Shown: positions 23,456-32,758 of the stretch, one piece after another
Layout of the letters: each line of letters begins with the position of its first letter
Numbering within the stretch: position 1 is the stretch's first letter
NCBI GenBank assembly: GCA_035460805.1
Contig: DATHWI010000120.1
Span: 1 to 46,453 of the forward strand
Direction of reading: 5' to 3'
Origin: Verrucomicrobiia bacterium
GTDB lineage: Bacteria > Patescibacteriota > UBA1384 > CAILIB01
Length of the DNA: 46,453 nucleotides
Program-made: the position numbers and the translations under genes
The notes under the pieces: generated by a model
Told to the model about the DNA's origin: nothing
The model's database searches: none
The model's input: only the letters and a program-made list of their open reading frames with translations

Positions 23456-25123
23456 TCACCTGACCGGGTTGGTGAGATTTTTGAAGTGTTTGACGAAGTT
23501 CGTCGGCGAGTTGCGGGTATCACCATACGTGAAGCTGACGCGGTGGCCAACCTGGGTAAAGATGATGTCCATCACATCCGGGTCGTATGCGCTCAACATC
23601 TCCAGATGAAAAGTCATGTGCTTATACTTCTCCCCGGCAAGCTTGAAGTAGAAGTGTGTCCCTTCATCATCCCTAATGGGATACTTGGGCATTTCCGAGA
23701 TCACTCCGTCGGCAGGAGTCTCAACCAGGGCGGTCGAACCCACGTTGGTGGTGATGTGACGGAAAACATGGTGTTCGTACTTGTTGTACGCACCAGCCAC
23801 CTGCTCGTCCCACACCACATCGTCGATGTTGGCATCAGGTAGAGCCTGCATAAGCACGCATCCAGCGTAGGTTGCGCCAGTGATGGTTTCCTCGTTCTCT
23901 TCCCGTGCAGGGAATTCAACGTGCATCACCAGGCTTCCCACCCAAGTGAGGTGCCCGTAGAGCAGGTGCAGCGTCATATCCTCGACATGGTAACCCTTCC
24001 ACTCAAGCGCATCGTTGATGACCTGGGTCACCTGCGACGGCGTAGTAAAGCTGTACTTGCCCGATAGCGGGTAGTAGTGAGCCTTGAGGGTCCGGGTGGA
24101 AACGGTAATGACACCGTAAGCACTGTTGTCGCGCTGGGCACTGGTCATAATGCCAACATATTCCAGCTCGGTGCCGGCCGCATTGGGCAGGACTTCCAAG
24201 CCGTGCGGGTCTAGCACCATGCGGCCTTTCTCAGACCACAGGCCCCAGTTTTCCGGGTTGTAACCCCAGGCGTTGATGTACTGGGTAACCAGGTCCTTTG
24301 AGTAGACCCGGTCTGCCCACTTTGGCACATCCTTAGGGTCACACTTCACTAGGTCTTCGGGTTTGTCGTCCTCCGCATTTATGACAAACGCGTTTTTGAC
24401 GGTTGGGAAGTAGTAGTTGTTCGTACTGCCAGCGCTGATATGCGCCTCGTTGTACGTGCCAATGTAGTAAATGTCCCACGTCCCGTCTTCCACCTCCGGC
24501 AGAATGTCGTCGATGTAGAGCCGGGAACGCTTGTCCTGGCCCGATACGTCGATATTGCAACTGTTGTAGAGGAACCGCATGATGTACCGTTGGTCAAAAT
24601 ACGAGTCCCTGTAGTGCAGTTTGATCTGGTACGGCCTGCCTTTGGCGTTGCGCAGGCGGACTTGGGCAGGCTTGTTAGGGTCCTGCGCGTCCACCACCAC
24701 AATGCCGGGGCAAATGCCCTTGAGCTGGTCGTAGGCAGCCTGGTCCTTATTGGTAAAGCCAAGCAGCGCTATGTAGTACTGGTGGCCGTCCACCATCTGT
24801 TCGGTGTACTGTTCCGGCTCCCAGACGCTGGAAATTGGGAAATCGTAGCCGATTGCTTTCGCATCAGCCACGTCCACCGTTTGCATTGCCTCCAAGCCCT
24901 TGGCAACCGCCATCTCGTGCGAGACGTGGGTGATTTGGGTGGAGGTGAGGTCGGGAAAGGTGTTCTCGGGTTCGACGGTCACTTTGAGCAGACTCTTGGC
25001 ATACACCCGTTCTGCTTTGGTAAACGACGTTTCCAACCTATTGTCTTTGCCGCATGCGCAGCCAACCATCGCCAAAGCGATGACTCCTAGTATTCCTATT
25101 TGGGAAAGCAATTTCTTTTTCAT
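23456..25123 (-). CDS. Large lipoprotein of unknown function (555 aa)
   Basis: MKKKLLSQIGILGVIALAMVGC signal peptide with a lipobox. No recognised domain. Confidence 0.85.
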   Translation of the reverse strand: MKKKLLSQIGILGVIALAMVGCACGKDNRLETSFTKAERVYAKSLLKVTVEPENTFPDLTSTQITHVSHEMAVAKGLEAMQTVDVADAKAIGYDFPISSVWEPEQYTEQMVDGHQYYIALLGFTNKDQAAYDQLKGICPGIVVVDAQDPNKPAQVRLRNAKGRPYQIKLHYRDSYFDQRYIMRFLYNSCNIDVSGQDKRSRLYIDDILPEVEDGTWDIYYIGTYNEAHISAGSTNNYYFPTVKNAFVINAEDDKPEDLVKCDPKDVPKWADRVYSKDLVTQYINAWGYNPENWGLWSEKGRMVLDPHGLEVLPNAAGTELEYVGIMTSAQRDNSAYGVITVSTRTLKAHYYPLSGKYSFTTPSQVTQVINDALEWKGYHVEDMTLHLLYGHLTWVGSLVMHVEFPAREENEETITGATYAGCVLMQALPDANIDDVVWDEQVAGAYNKYEHHVFRHITTNVGSTALVETPADGVISEMPKYPIRDDEGTHFYFKLAGEKYKHMTFHLEMLSAYDPDVMDIIFTQVGHRVSFTYGDTRNSPTNFVKHFKNLTNPVR

Positions 25124-25127
25124 CGTT

Positions 25128-26165
25128 CTACCTACTGAGCTGACTGTTAGGCGCAGCCCCCTGCCACCCGTCTTTCAACGGGATAAGCTTGACGTCACTC
25201 TTAAGGGCCTGCCAAAGCTGGCCGTGTTCATCGATCCGGAAGATGAGGGCGATCTTGTTCTCAAAACTGAACGGTTGGTTAACGTTCAGGTGGAAGGTTG
25301 ACGGGTTTGCCGTATCATCCTCAAACGTCACCGAGCTGCCCTTGGCCTGGTGGCTGGTAACGTAAAAGCTCGCCGACTGGGTCCACGATGGATCCGCGGG
25401 GCTTACCGTCCACTTGGCCGAATAACGGGGGGTTCCCGTGTCGGTCAAAAGCGCCATGTTGTTCACATGAGGCTTGCCGCTCAAAGCCATTCCCTGTTCA
25501 TAGGTTAGCCAGGGGCCAAAGTCCTTCTCTTGCACCTGTGTTTCCGTTGGCTGGTAAGCCGGCGGGGTAACGGGCGCAGTCACGACAGGTTTAGCATTGG
25601 GATGTACCTGCGTGACAATCACGGGGGTCCCAATGACCAACATGGAGATGAGGGCCCAGGTAAAAAGCGCATACGGAGTGACCACCAAGGCAAACCAAGC
25701 CGCAGCAAGAAGCTCGCCTGGGTCCCAGGTAATTCGCCGATAGACCTCGACGGCCGAGTGTCCCGCCTTTTGGAGCGGTACAAACAACCAGTCAGTTGGG
25801 ACATCGACATATCCCCGGTTGGCTTTTGCCGCCGCCGAGAACTTCCAACTCAAGAAATACACCTTGAAGTGGAGCAGATACTGTCGCCAGATATCGCCCA
25901 CCGAGTAGTACATTTGAAGTTGGTTCCGGTACACGCGTTGTTTGATTGTCCACATGATGCCGTCGCGGAGGGCGGCAATAAGCAGTACAACGAACGCAAT
26001 CATGGCGGCCAACGTGATCCCTAACGTGTAAAACGGCAGGATGATCAGCGGAGGCAGCTTTACACGGGTAGTGCTCTCTTTGGGTTTATCCTCGGAGAGC
26101 AAGGGGTAATCCCCTAAAAATGAACGGAGTTCTTCCTCCGCATCCTGTTGAAGAACATTCGACAC
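25128..26165 (-). CDS. Membrane protein with a C-terminal extracytoplasmic domain (345 aa)
   Basis: GTG start with GGAGAAGGA upstream. There are several TM helices, then a Pro-rich linker (VTPPAYQPTETQ) and a beta-rich domain. The stop lies 4 nt before the lipoprotein gene. Confidence 0.8.
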   Translation of the reverse strand: MSNVLQQDAEEELRSFLGDYPLLSEDKPKESTTRVKLPPLIILPFYTLGITLAAMIAFVVLLIAALRDGIMWTIKQRVYRNQLQMYYSVGDIWRQYLLHFKVYFLSWKFSAAAKANRGYVDVPTDWLFVPLQKAGHSAVEVYRRITWDPGELLAAAWFALVVTPYALFTWALISMLVIGTPVIVTQVHPNAKPVVTAPVTPPAYQPTETQVQEKDFGPWLTYEQGMALSGKPHVNNMALLTDTGTPRYSAKWTVSPADPSWTQSASFYVTSHQAKGSSVTFEDDTANPSTFHLNVNQPFSFENKIALIFRIDEHGQLWQALKSDVKLIPLKDGWQGAAPNSQLSR

Positions 26166-26271
26166 AATCCTTCTCCTTCAGTTTCAAGTTGTGAAACTGC
26201 AATAACTCAGCGCACCCTATCAAAAAGGGGTCAGGGTATCAAGCTTCCAGAGGGGTTCTTCCAAAAAGAAA

Positions 26272-26904
26272 CTACTTGCCCTTACCCGATTCCCTTCGCA
26301 CTTGGACCAGTACAAAAATACTGAGCAGCGCCGAAAAAAAGCACCAGGTAGAGAGGAAGCTTTGTGTATAGAGGTACGCGGCAATGGCTGCAGCCACAAA
26401 GGTGGCTATCCCCAAGGCGTTCACCACCTTCCTACTTGAGAGAAGCAGGGCAAAACTGGTGGCCAGGAAATAAAAGGGGGCGGGGGTAAAGGGGTACGGT
26501 TCCGAAGCATAGTACCCTAGCCCAGGCCCCACGATATGTGCAGTAAACGGATATCTCAGGACATGCCACAAAAGGTAGGCCGAAGTAGCGGCGCCAAGGA
26601 CGACAAGCGGAAGGATAAGCTTTCTCCGTTTGAAGTTTGTTTCCAAGAAGTACACGGCAAGGGGCACCAGTAAAGGCCATGCTGCCTTAGCAAAGACCAG
26701 GTAGGTAGTGGTGGCACAGGCATGAAGCTGCCCCTGGCCAAAAGTGATCCAGACTACGCCCTCTGCCAGCTGCTGCAGCCCAAAAACCAGCGGGATTGCC
26801 GCAAAGAGCAGGGCCGAGCGGCGCTTGGTCTGACGCATGGCATACAAACCTGCAGCGCTTAGTACAACACCAGCGGTAAAGCTGGCTTCAGGAGAAAAAC
26901 ACAT
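26272..26904 (-). CDS. Polytopic membrane protein of unknown function (210 aa)
   Basis: About six hydrophobic helices. The start is 2 nt after the cca stop. Confidence 0.75.
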   Translation of the reverse strand: MCFSPEASFTAGVVLSAAGLYAMRQTKRRSALLFAAIPLVFGLQQLAEGVVWITFGQGQLHACATTTYLVFAKAAWPLLVPLAVYFLETNFKRRKLILPLVVLGAATSAYLLWHVLRYPFTAHIVGPGLGYYASEPYPFTPAPFYFLATSFALLLSSRKVVNALGIATFVAAAIAAYLYTQSFLSTWCFFSALLSIFVLVQVRRESGKGK

Positions 26905-26906
26905 AA

Positions 26907-28568
26907 TTACTCTTTATTTCCAGCCAGCTTAGGGCGCCAACCCCGCTCCAGGGCTAGCTCCAGTGTCTCAATGGCATCTTTCTGTGGGCTTTCCCGGAGG
27001 ATGCCCATCACGTCATCGTGGTCGTAATCCAAGGTATCGCGCAGTTCGTTAGCCAGCCTTAGGATATCCTTAAAGCTCTTCCCTGGTTGGTACCCTATCT
27101 CAACCAACTCCCTACCCATAAGCAGGTCGGCAGGCTTGCCCTGCTCCACATCCACTTCTCTGGCGCGCTCCATGAGCCAAGGTCCGGCGGAGAAATCGTC
27201 AGGCATCTTCAGGTTCCCTTCCCCATCAGGGAATGGACCCCTGCCCAAGTAATCGGCTTCGGCCACCATTACCAACTCTTCCATGGTAGCTGGGTAGATC
27301 CGTGCCGCTAACCGGCGGATAGCACCTTTGCCTATCGCGTTCCCGTGCTCCACCTCTGTTTTATAGAGCTGGTGAGGCATCATGTGGTCGCGTACCAAGT
27401 TAAGCACCTTTTGGCGCTGAATATTGCCTTTGCCAACTATCCCAATGGAGTCCAGGAACCGCTCAGTAGGTTCCACACCCGCCGCCTCATGCCCCAACGC
27501 CCTGATGTGGCCATCTATATGCTCCGTAGTGGCGGGTTTCCCAAGGTCGTGACAAAGGTCTGCCAAAATTACGGTAAACGCCTTCTCCGGATCAGTACCC
27601 CTTTTCTTAATGCCTTCGGCGCCCTTGTCGACCACCATCAGGGTGTGGGTCCACACATCCCCTTCAGGGTGAAACTCTGGGTCTTGCTCAGTCTCCGCAA
27701 GCGGTGGGAAATCTGGGTATGTTTCATGGAAAATACCCATTTCCATGGCCATTTTTAACCCCTTGGAGGGCACTTCGGACTTTAAGAGCAGTTTTTGCCA
27801 CTCTGCCACAAACCGTTCACGGGACAGGTGCTTGAGGTGAGGAACCATGTCACGCATCACTTCATAGCTCTCAGGGTCTATGGCCAGGTCAAAGCGCCCC
27901 ACAAACTGAATGCCGCGCATAACGCGAAGGGGGTCATCGGCAAAAAGTTCCGCATCGGTAACGCGCAGTATTTTTTCTTCCAGATCCTTCACCCCACCAT
28001 GCGGGTCATAAATGTCGCCGGTCAGCGGGTTGGCGCAAAGGGTGTTGATGGTGAAATCCCTGCGGCGTGCTGCCTCTTTGATGCTCATGAAGGGGTCAAC
28101 GGTAACCTCCACGTCCGTGTGTCCGTCACCTGTCTTGGAATCTGTGCGCGGAAGGGAGATGTCCAGGTCAAAGCCCTGCTCGGTAAACAGCTTGCGGATA
28201 CCAAAGGCCTTCCCCACCTCGCTAACCTCGCCAAATTGCGCCGCTACTTCCCCAACCTCTTCAGCCTCCAAGCCAAACACTTCGATGTCAAAATCTTTCG
28301 GGACCTTTCCCGCCAAGTGGTCGCGGACACAGCCACCCACCAAGAAGGCTGCTCCGCCCCGTGCCTGCACTTCAGCGGCAAAGTCGGCCACCACCCTGTA
28401 GGCTTCCGCCTCCCGCTCTAAGCCCTTCTCCTGGAACAGGCCCACAAACTCCTCAACCAATGGAAGGCGCTGCCCCACAATATATTGGTCATCATTCTCA
28501 CCAAAACGCTCAACTTCCATTTGTTCGGGAGCTGGGATAGAGGGTTTTGGGACTTCGCGCTGGTTCAT
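26907..28568 (-). CDS. cca: CCA-adding tRNA nucleotidyltransferase with an HD domain
   Basis: FLVGGCVRDHLAGKVPKDFDIEVF, RRDFTINTL and HD-domain LCHDLGKP motifs. Confidence 0.9.
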   Translation of the reverse strand: MNQREVPKPSIPAPEQMEVERFGENDDQYIVGQRLPLVEEFVGLFQEKGLEREAEAYRVVADFAAEVQARGGAAFLVGGCVRDHLAGKVPKDFDIEVFGLEAEEVGEVAAQFGEVSEVGKAFGIRKLFTEQGFDLDISLPRTDSKTGDGHTDVEVTVDPFMSIKEAARRRDFTINTLCANPLTGDIYDPHGGVKDLEEKILRVTDAELFADDPLRVMRGIQFVGRFDLAIDPESYEVMRDMVPHLKHLSRERFVAEWQKLLLKSEVPSKGLKMAMEMGIFHETYPDFPPLAETEQDPEFHPEGDVWTHTLMVVDKGAEGIKKRGTDPEKAFTVILADLCHDLGKPATTEHIDGHIRALGHEAAGVEPTERFLDSIGIVGKGNIQRQKVLNLVRDHMMPHQLYKTEVEHGNAIGKGAIRRLAARIYPATMEELVMVAEADYLGRGPFPDGEGNLKMPDDFSAGPWLMERAREVDVEQGKPADLLMGRELVEIGYQPGKSFKDILRLANELRDTLDYDHDDVMGILRESPQKDAIETLELALERGWRPKLAGNKE

Positions 28569-28610
28569 GCAGTAAGTATATCAGAGCACCCCTTTGCTAT
28601 ACTTGGAGCA

Positions 28611-29597
28611 ATGGAAAACAGCACTACCCCTCCCTCTGAGCGGATACACTTCAAGAACACACCGAGGCTCTTAGAGCATGAAGCCGATCAAGAGTTTAAC
28701 GCCCGCAGGCTTGCCCTTGTACCGAAGGTGGAGCGCTTCCTCGAAGAGGAAAGCCTTTTTGAAGGAAAAGAATTATCAGTGGAGTTTGCCCAGACCGGAG
28801 TGTCATCGTTAGTGTGCTTTGTGGAGTGTGATGGAAAAAAATACGTGCTCAAAGTACCTCTCTCCCACACCATGGGTGAGGCGGAGGCATTGTTCCTGAA
28901 AAAATGGGAAGCCGCAGGCGTAAAGACGCCGCACGTGTACGGAGATGGCAGGTTGGGAGATCACCCCTACCTTCTCATGGAATTTGTGGAAGCACCTGTA
29001 TTAGAAGATGCAATTGCTGGCGGTACCGCCCCTGAAACTGTGTGGCGCGACATGGGGCATACCCTGGCGCAAATGCACACCACCCAGGGGTCGGGTTTTG
29101 GCCGGATAGCCAATGGCAAGCCGCAGTACGACACCTTTGAAGGCTGGCTTTTCAGTGACAGTACCCAAAAGCGGGTTACCACAATTCAAAACCAGGGTCT
29201 TTTACGGTCTGAGCACGGGCCAATTGCCAAGGTAATTAATATGCTGGTGGCCTACTCTGAACAGCATCCAGAAAGTACTTTTTGTCATTTCGATTTCACC
29301 CCACCCAACCTTTTGGCAACCACCCCTCTCACGGTTATAGACCCTGACCCCACCCTGAACTATGGGGTAATGGATATTGCCCGCACCATCTTTAACATGC
29401 ACTGCAGCGGCTTTGCGGAGCAGGCTATGCGCATAAAAGAGGGTTACTTTGAAAAAGCTGAGGTGGACGAAAAGGTTTTGCAGGCGGCTATCGTCCTCAG
29501 TGCCCATTGGAAATTTTTCTTTTGGCAAAAGACAGGCAGAGAAAAGGAAATGGCAGAAGCTAGGGAGTTTTTGGCCGCAGGTTGTCACCTCCTCTAG
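28611..29597 (+). CDS. Aminoglycoside phosphotransferase (APH)/choline-kinase-like kinase
   Basis: ATG 28611 (the ORF opens at 28485 inside cca). KYVLKVP, LLMEFVEA, catalytic loop FCHFDFTPPNLL (H-x-D-x4-N) and VIDPD. Confidence 0.8.
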   Translation: MENSTTPPSERIHFKNTPRLLEHEADQEFNARRLALVPKVERFLEEESLFEGKELSVEFAQTGVSSLVCFVECDGKKYVLKVPLSHTMGEAEALFLKKWEAAGVKTPHVYGDGRLGDHPYLLMEFVEAPVLEDAIAGGTAPETVWRDMGHTLAQMHTTQGSGFGRIANGKPQYDTFEGWLFSDSTQKRVTTIQNQGLLRSEHGPIAKVINMLVAYSEQHPESTFCHFDFTPPNLLATTPLTVIDPDPTLNYGVMDIARTIFNMHCSGFAEQAMRIKEGYFEKAEVDEKVLQAAIVLSAHWKFFFWQKTGREKEMAEAREFLAAGCHLL

Positions 29598-29613
29598 GTA
29601 GCCAGAGGTAGAG

Positions 29614-30321
29614 CTACTTCAGCAACTGAGATGCATGAAGCAGTAGTTCTGCTTCATTTCGTACCGGGCCCGCCAAGTCGCGGAGACGCTCTATCTCCCT
29701 GCTTATCCCCGCAGAAGAAATGAGTTCTTGAGAGTAGACAGCAGAAAAGTATATTTCTACGTCATGCTGGCTTTCAACCTCTTTTATTCCACCCTGTTCA
29801 TGTAATGATTGCATTTCCACATACTGCACCGAGAGGCCAGCGTGTCTTTGCCCTAGTTCTTCTAAATACTCTTTGAAGGGAATAGGGCCATCTGTCACGT
29901 AGTACTGCAACCTACCCTTAATGGGTTTTCCGGATAGATCAAGGTCCGCCAAAAGTGACCTAATAGCGCCTATACCCACGCCTCCCGCTACAAATAATGC
30001 GGGGTTTGGGCTGTCATGATACGTAAAGTGTCCCTGCGCAGGGGTTACTTGGACCGTTCCCCCAACGGGGAGGCTACGGAGCGCCCGCTTAAATGTACTC
30101 CCCACCTCAGACGCATGGGTGATGAACTGGATATCCTTTTCTTGTGATGCCGTCACCATACTTAGGGCGCGGGTAATCCCCTTGTCATCTGGGTTTGGGT
30201 GATCCAAAAATACCACTACATGCTGTCCCGCAATCCATTGAAAGCCATGGGGCTTATGAAAGGTAAAGAGGCAAATATCGCCGGAAAGTACCTGCTTATC
30301 TTTCAGGGTAAGGCTAGTCAT
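29614..30321 (-). CDS. Ferredoxin-NADP reductase-like FAD/NAD(P)-binding oxidoreductase
   Basis: ITRALSMVT (an R-x-Y-S-type FAD motif) and LFVAGGVGIGAIRSLL (an NAD(P) motif). Confidence 0.75.
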   Translation of the reverse strand: MTSLTLKDKQVLSGDICLFTFHKPHGFQWIAGQHVVVFLDHPNPDDKGITRALSMVTASQEKDIQFITHASEVGSTFKRALRSLPVGGTVQVTPAQGHFTYHDSPNPALFVAGGVGIGAIRSLLADLDLSGKPIKGRLQYYVTDGPIPFKEYLEELGQRHAGLSVQYVEMQSLHEQGGIKEVESQHDVEIYFSAVYSQELISSAGISREIERLRDLAGPVRNEAELLLHASQLLK

Positions 30322-30432
30322 TTTTTATTCTTACCGCCTCTCAAGAGCTAAATCCTTGAGACCGTCGGGGCTTTCAGTCTCCTTTTTCATAGCTGGACTA
30401 TAGCATACTGACCCCTCATTTTCAGGGCAAAG

Positions 30433-30462
30433 AAAAACCGCCACCCCTTGTGAGGGTGGCGG
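30433..30462 (-). terminator. Rho-independent terminator of terC
   Basis: Minus strand reads CCGCCACCCUCACAAGGGGUGGCGG followed by UUUUU. Confidence 0.8.
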
Positions 30463-30471
30463 CATCGGGAC

Positions 30472-31575
30472 TTACGCTCCCTTGACGGGAGCGGGTTCAG
30501 GTTCGACCGCAGTAGGTGCGACTTCCAGCTCGTCGAGAGCGGGATCAAAGGCCAGCGTTTCCGCCGTCTCGATCTCGATCACCGGCATTTCTTCTTCGGG
30601 CTGGCGCGGGAACATCGCCGAAACGATGATGCTACCACCCAGGAAGACGGCCAGAACGGCCAAGCTGACTGCCGCTCCGACGTGAAAGCCGAAGGGCGAC
30701 GCGACCATTTTGAAGCCGATCCATCCGAGAACGCCGGTCAGGCCCCAGCTCAACGCCCAGAACTTAGCTGCTACCGATTGGTAGACAAAGAAGAGGGCGC
30801 GCAAACCGAGGATGGCGAAGACGTTGCTGCTGTACGCGATGAACCGGTCAGGGCTAATCGCAAGCACGGCAGGCACCGAATCGACCGCGAAGATTAGGTC
30901 CGTACATTCGATGAGGATGATAATCGCTGCCATCAGCGTCAGCACCTTCTTGCCGTTCACCTTGGTGACCAACTTGTGGCCATCAAATTCGTGGTGAACT
31001 GGCAGCCACTTGGAGATCATCTTCCAAAGCCACTTGTCAGTGAACTCGATCTCTTCTTCCAGCTCGTCTCCACCTCTCGCTTCCTGGAATGCTTTCCAAG
31101 CGGCGCGAATGAGGATAAGGCCGAAGATGACGCCGATCCACTCGTAGCGCTTGAGCGCCTCGAGACCGACGAGGATAAAGATCAACCGGAAGATGATAGC
31201 GCCGGCAATACCGTAGTTCAACATCCGCCGATACAGCTCCGGAGCTACTTTGAAGCTTCCGAAGATGAGCGAAATGATGAACAGGTTGTCCATGCTCAAC
31301 GCTTTCTCGATGGCCATGGCGGCCAGATACTCGCCGCCGGCTTGGCTGCCGATAAGCAGGAAGATGGGAATGCTGAAGGCGAGCCCGGCGATCAAGTAGA
31401 TAACCGACCATCGTACCGCTTCAGCAAAGCCTATCTCGTGATCAGACTTTGTGTGCTTCCACTCGACGAAGGCGTAGACGGCCAGACAGGCTGCCAGGAA
31501 GGCATACCAGGGCCAACCCACGTTGTACTCGACATGTTGCACCACTTGCGCAAACGGTAACTGTAAAGGTTCCAA
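30472..31575 (-). CDS. terC: TerC-family integral membrane protein
   Basis: ALSMDNLFII and AVDSVPAVLAI half-motifs in a polytopic protein. TTG start with GGAGGAG upstream. Confidence 0.9.
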   Translation of the reverse strand: MEPLQLPFAQVVQHVEYNVGWPWYAFLAACLAVYAFVEWKHTKSDHEIGFAEAVRWSVIYLIAGLAFSIPIFLLIGSQAGGEYLAAMAIEKALSMDNLFIISLIFGSFKVAPELYRRMLNYGIAGAIIFRLIFILVGLEALKRYEWIGVIFGLILIRAAWKAFQEARGGDELEEEIEFTDKWLWKMISKWLPVHHEFDGHKLVTKVNGKKVLTLMAAIIILIECTDLIFAVDSVPAVLAISPDRFIAYSSNVFAILGLRALFFVYQSVAAKFWALSWGLTGVLGWIGFKMVASPFGFHVGAAVSLAVLAVFLGGSIIVSAMFPRQPEEEMPVIEIETAETLAFDPALDELEVAPTAVEPEPAPVKGA

Positions 31576-31610
31576 TCAGTCTCCTCCGCGGTTTTTTTCC
31601 GCGAGCGCAA

Positions 31611-31639
31611 ATACTAGCACATATCCCAGATTTTGTAAA
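31611..31639 (-). promoter_or_regulatory. Sigma70-like promoter for terC
   Basis: Minus strand reads TTTACA-N17-TAGTAT. This leaves a leader of only ~30 nt containing the hairpin CGCGG-A7-CCGCG next to the SD. Confidence 0.55.
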
Positions 31640-31892
31640 GTACCTAAACCTGGTTAAGCACCTTAGCTATCCACTAGCGTTTATGGGGTGCCGCCTCATT
31701 GTGCTTTTTAGCCCTTTTTGCTACTCTGCATCCGCATTTGAAACCATGCTCTAAGGAGGCAGGCTCATCGTATACATTTCAAAATCAGGTCAGAAAGTTC
31801 ACCTTAGTCTCAGGATTAACGGCCGGGCACACGGCCAGCACATTGCACGTCAAATCAAACCACACCTTAAGGAGGCCTTTGACCGCGTTGAG

Positions 31893-32279
31893 GTGTACAC
31901 CCCTGGTACTCACCGCCTTACCGTAGAGCTTCCCCGGGTACTGGGGAGCCTCCGTGTCGTTGAGACGCAGGAGGGTGACGAAATCTTTTACGCCTGGCGA
32001 GTAGGAAGGGAATGGCCTAGCCGTTTCGTCCGGAACAAGCAGGCAGTACCCACGCGCCAAATTACCCTCATCCTGAAGGTGGCGAACAACCTTGAACATG
32101 CAAACCTGCTCGACTGCTACTTAGGGCCGCACGCCCCAGCGGAACCCGAGTCAAAGAGACGCACTTCGGAAAGCGAAGAGTTCTGGCGGAACCATGCCTT
32201 TGTCTGGGACCCAGAAGGAATCAAGGAAGGGAGCGAAATCCCTGAGGCCGCCTACTTGGCCAGCCGCAGCGAAAGATGA
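31893..32279 (+). CDS. Hypothetical protein (start uncertain)
   Basis: 128-aa ORF with a GTG start. It ends 8 nt before a strong plus-strand terminator. It competes with the antisense ORF 31785..32099. Confidence 0.4.
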   Translation: MYTPGTHRLTVELPRVLGSLRVVETQEGDEIFYAWRVGREWPSRFVRNKQAVPTRQITLILKVANNLEHANLLDCYLGPHAPAEPESKRRTSESEEFWRNHAFVWDPEGIKEGSEIPEAAYLASRSER

Positions 32280-32287
32280 TCAACCCC

Positions 32288-32313
32288 AAGGGAGCACTCT
32301 GTGCTCCCTTTTT
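32288..32313 (+). terminator. Rho-independent terminator
   Basis: AAGGGAGCAC-UCU-GUGCUCCCUU followed by UUU. Confidence 0.8.
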
Positions 32314-32324
32314 CATAGGCATAT

Positions 32325-32349
32325 AAAAAAGAGGGCGTGTAAGCCCTCT
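32325..32349 (-). terminator. Rho-independent terminator
   Basis: Minus strand reads AGAGGGC-UUACAC-GCCCUCU followed by UUUUUU. Confidence 0.75.
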
Positions 32350-32366
32350 TAAGGTTTGGGTATTCC

Positions 32367-32699
32367 CTAGGTGGACGCCGCCAGGGGCGCAACCTTTTTG
32401 CCCTCAACCATAATTTCGAACCAGTTGAGTATCTTTGGGTCGGCCAGGTTTACCACCTCGCCGGTTATCTCCCAGATGCCGCCCCCGACCTCTTGGACAA
32501 GCTGGTCAATGGACCAGGTAAACGGCCCGCAGCGGACGTACTCGCCATCGTACCCAATCGGCACCTCCTGGCCTACTTCTAGGCCAAGCTGGCCAACGGC
32601 AGGATGCGAACCCCGTAACACGGTCCCTCGCTGTAAGCCAATGCTATTGGCCGGGAAAGTGAGTGGAACAGAACTCAATGGACACCTCCTGTGGGTCAA
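32367..32699 (-). CDS. Hypothetical protein (start uncertain)
   Basis: 110-aa ORF with a TTG start and no early ATG. It has its own terminator. Confidence 0.5.
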   Translation of the reverse strand: MTHRRCPLSSVPLTFPANSIGLQRGTVLRGSHPAVGQLGLEVGQEVPIGYDGEYVRCGPFTWSIDQLVQEVGGGIWEITGEVVNLADPKILNWFEIMVEGKKVAPLAAST

Positions 32700-32758
32700 A
32701 GGGTTTATACCAGTAAGCTAGGTCTGGGTCAATGAGTACGGGCTCTGGTAGCCATCCC

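Noticed and set aside
31576-31790. A yybP-ykoY (Mn2+) riboswitch upstream of terC, as is common for TerC/Alx genes.
   Set aside because: The minus-strand leader contains CAGAGUAGC, which is vaguely like GGGGAGUAGC. I could not find the second conserved element (UUGACAUA-like) or the four-helix layout. The best promoter (TTTACA-N17-TAGTAT) leaves only a ~30-nt leader. A cmscan with RF00080 would settle it.
31785-32099. The 104-aa minus-strand ORF as a real gene.
   Set aside because: It overlaps the plus ORF, which is backed by a dedicated terminator, and it has no terminator of its own. It is not excluded, but it is the less supported of the two.
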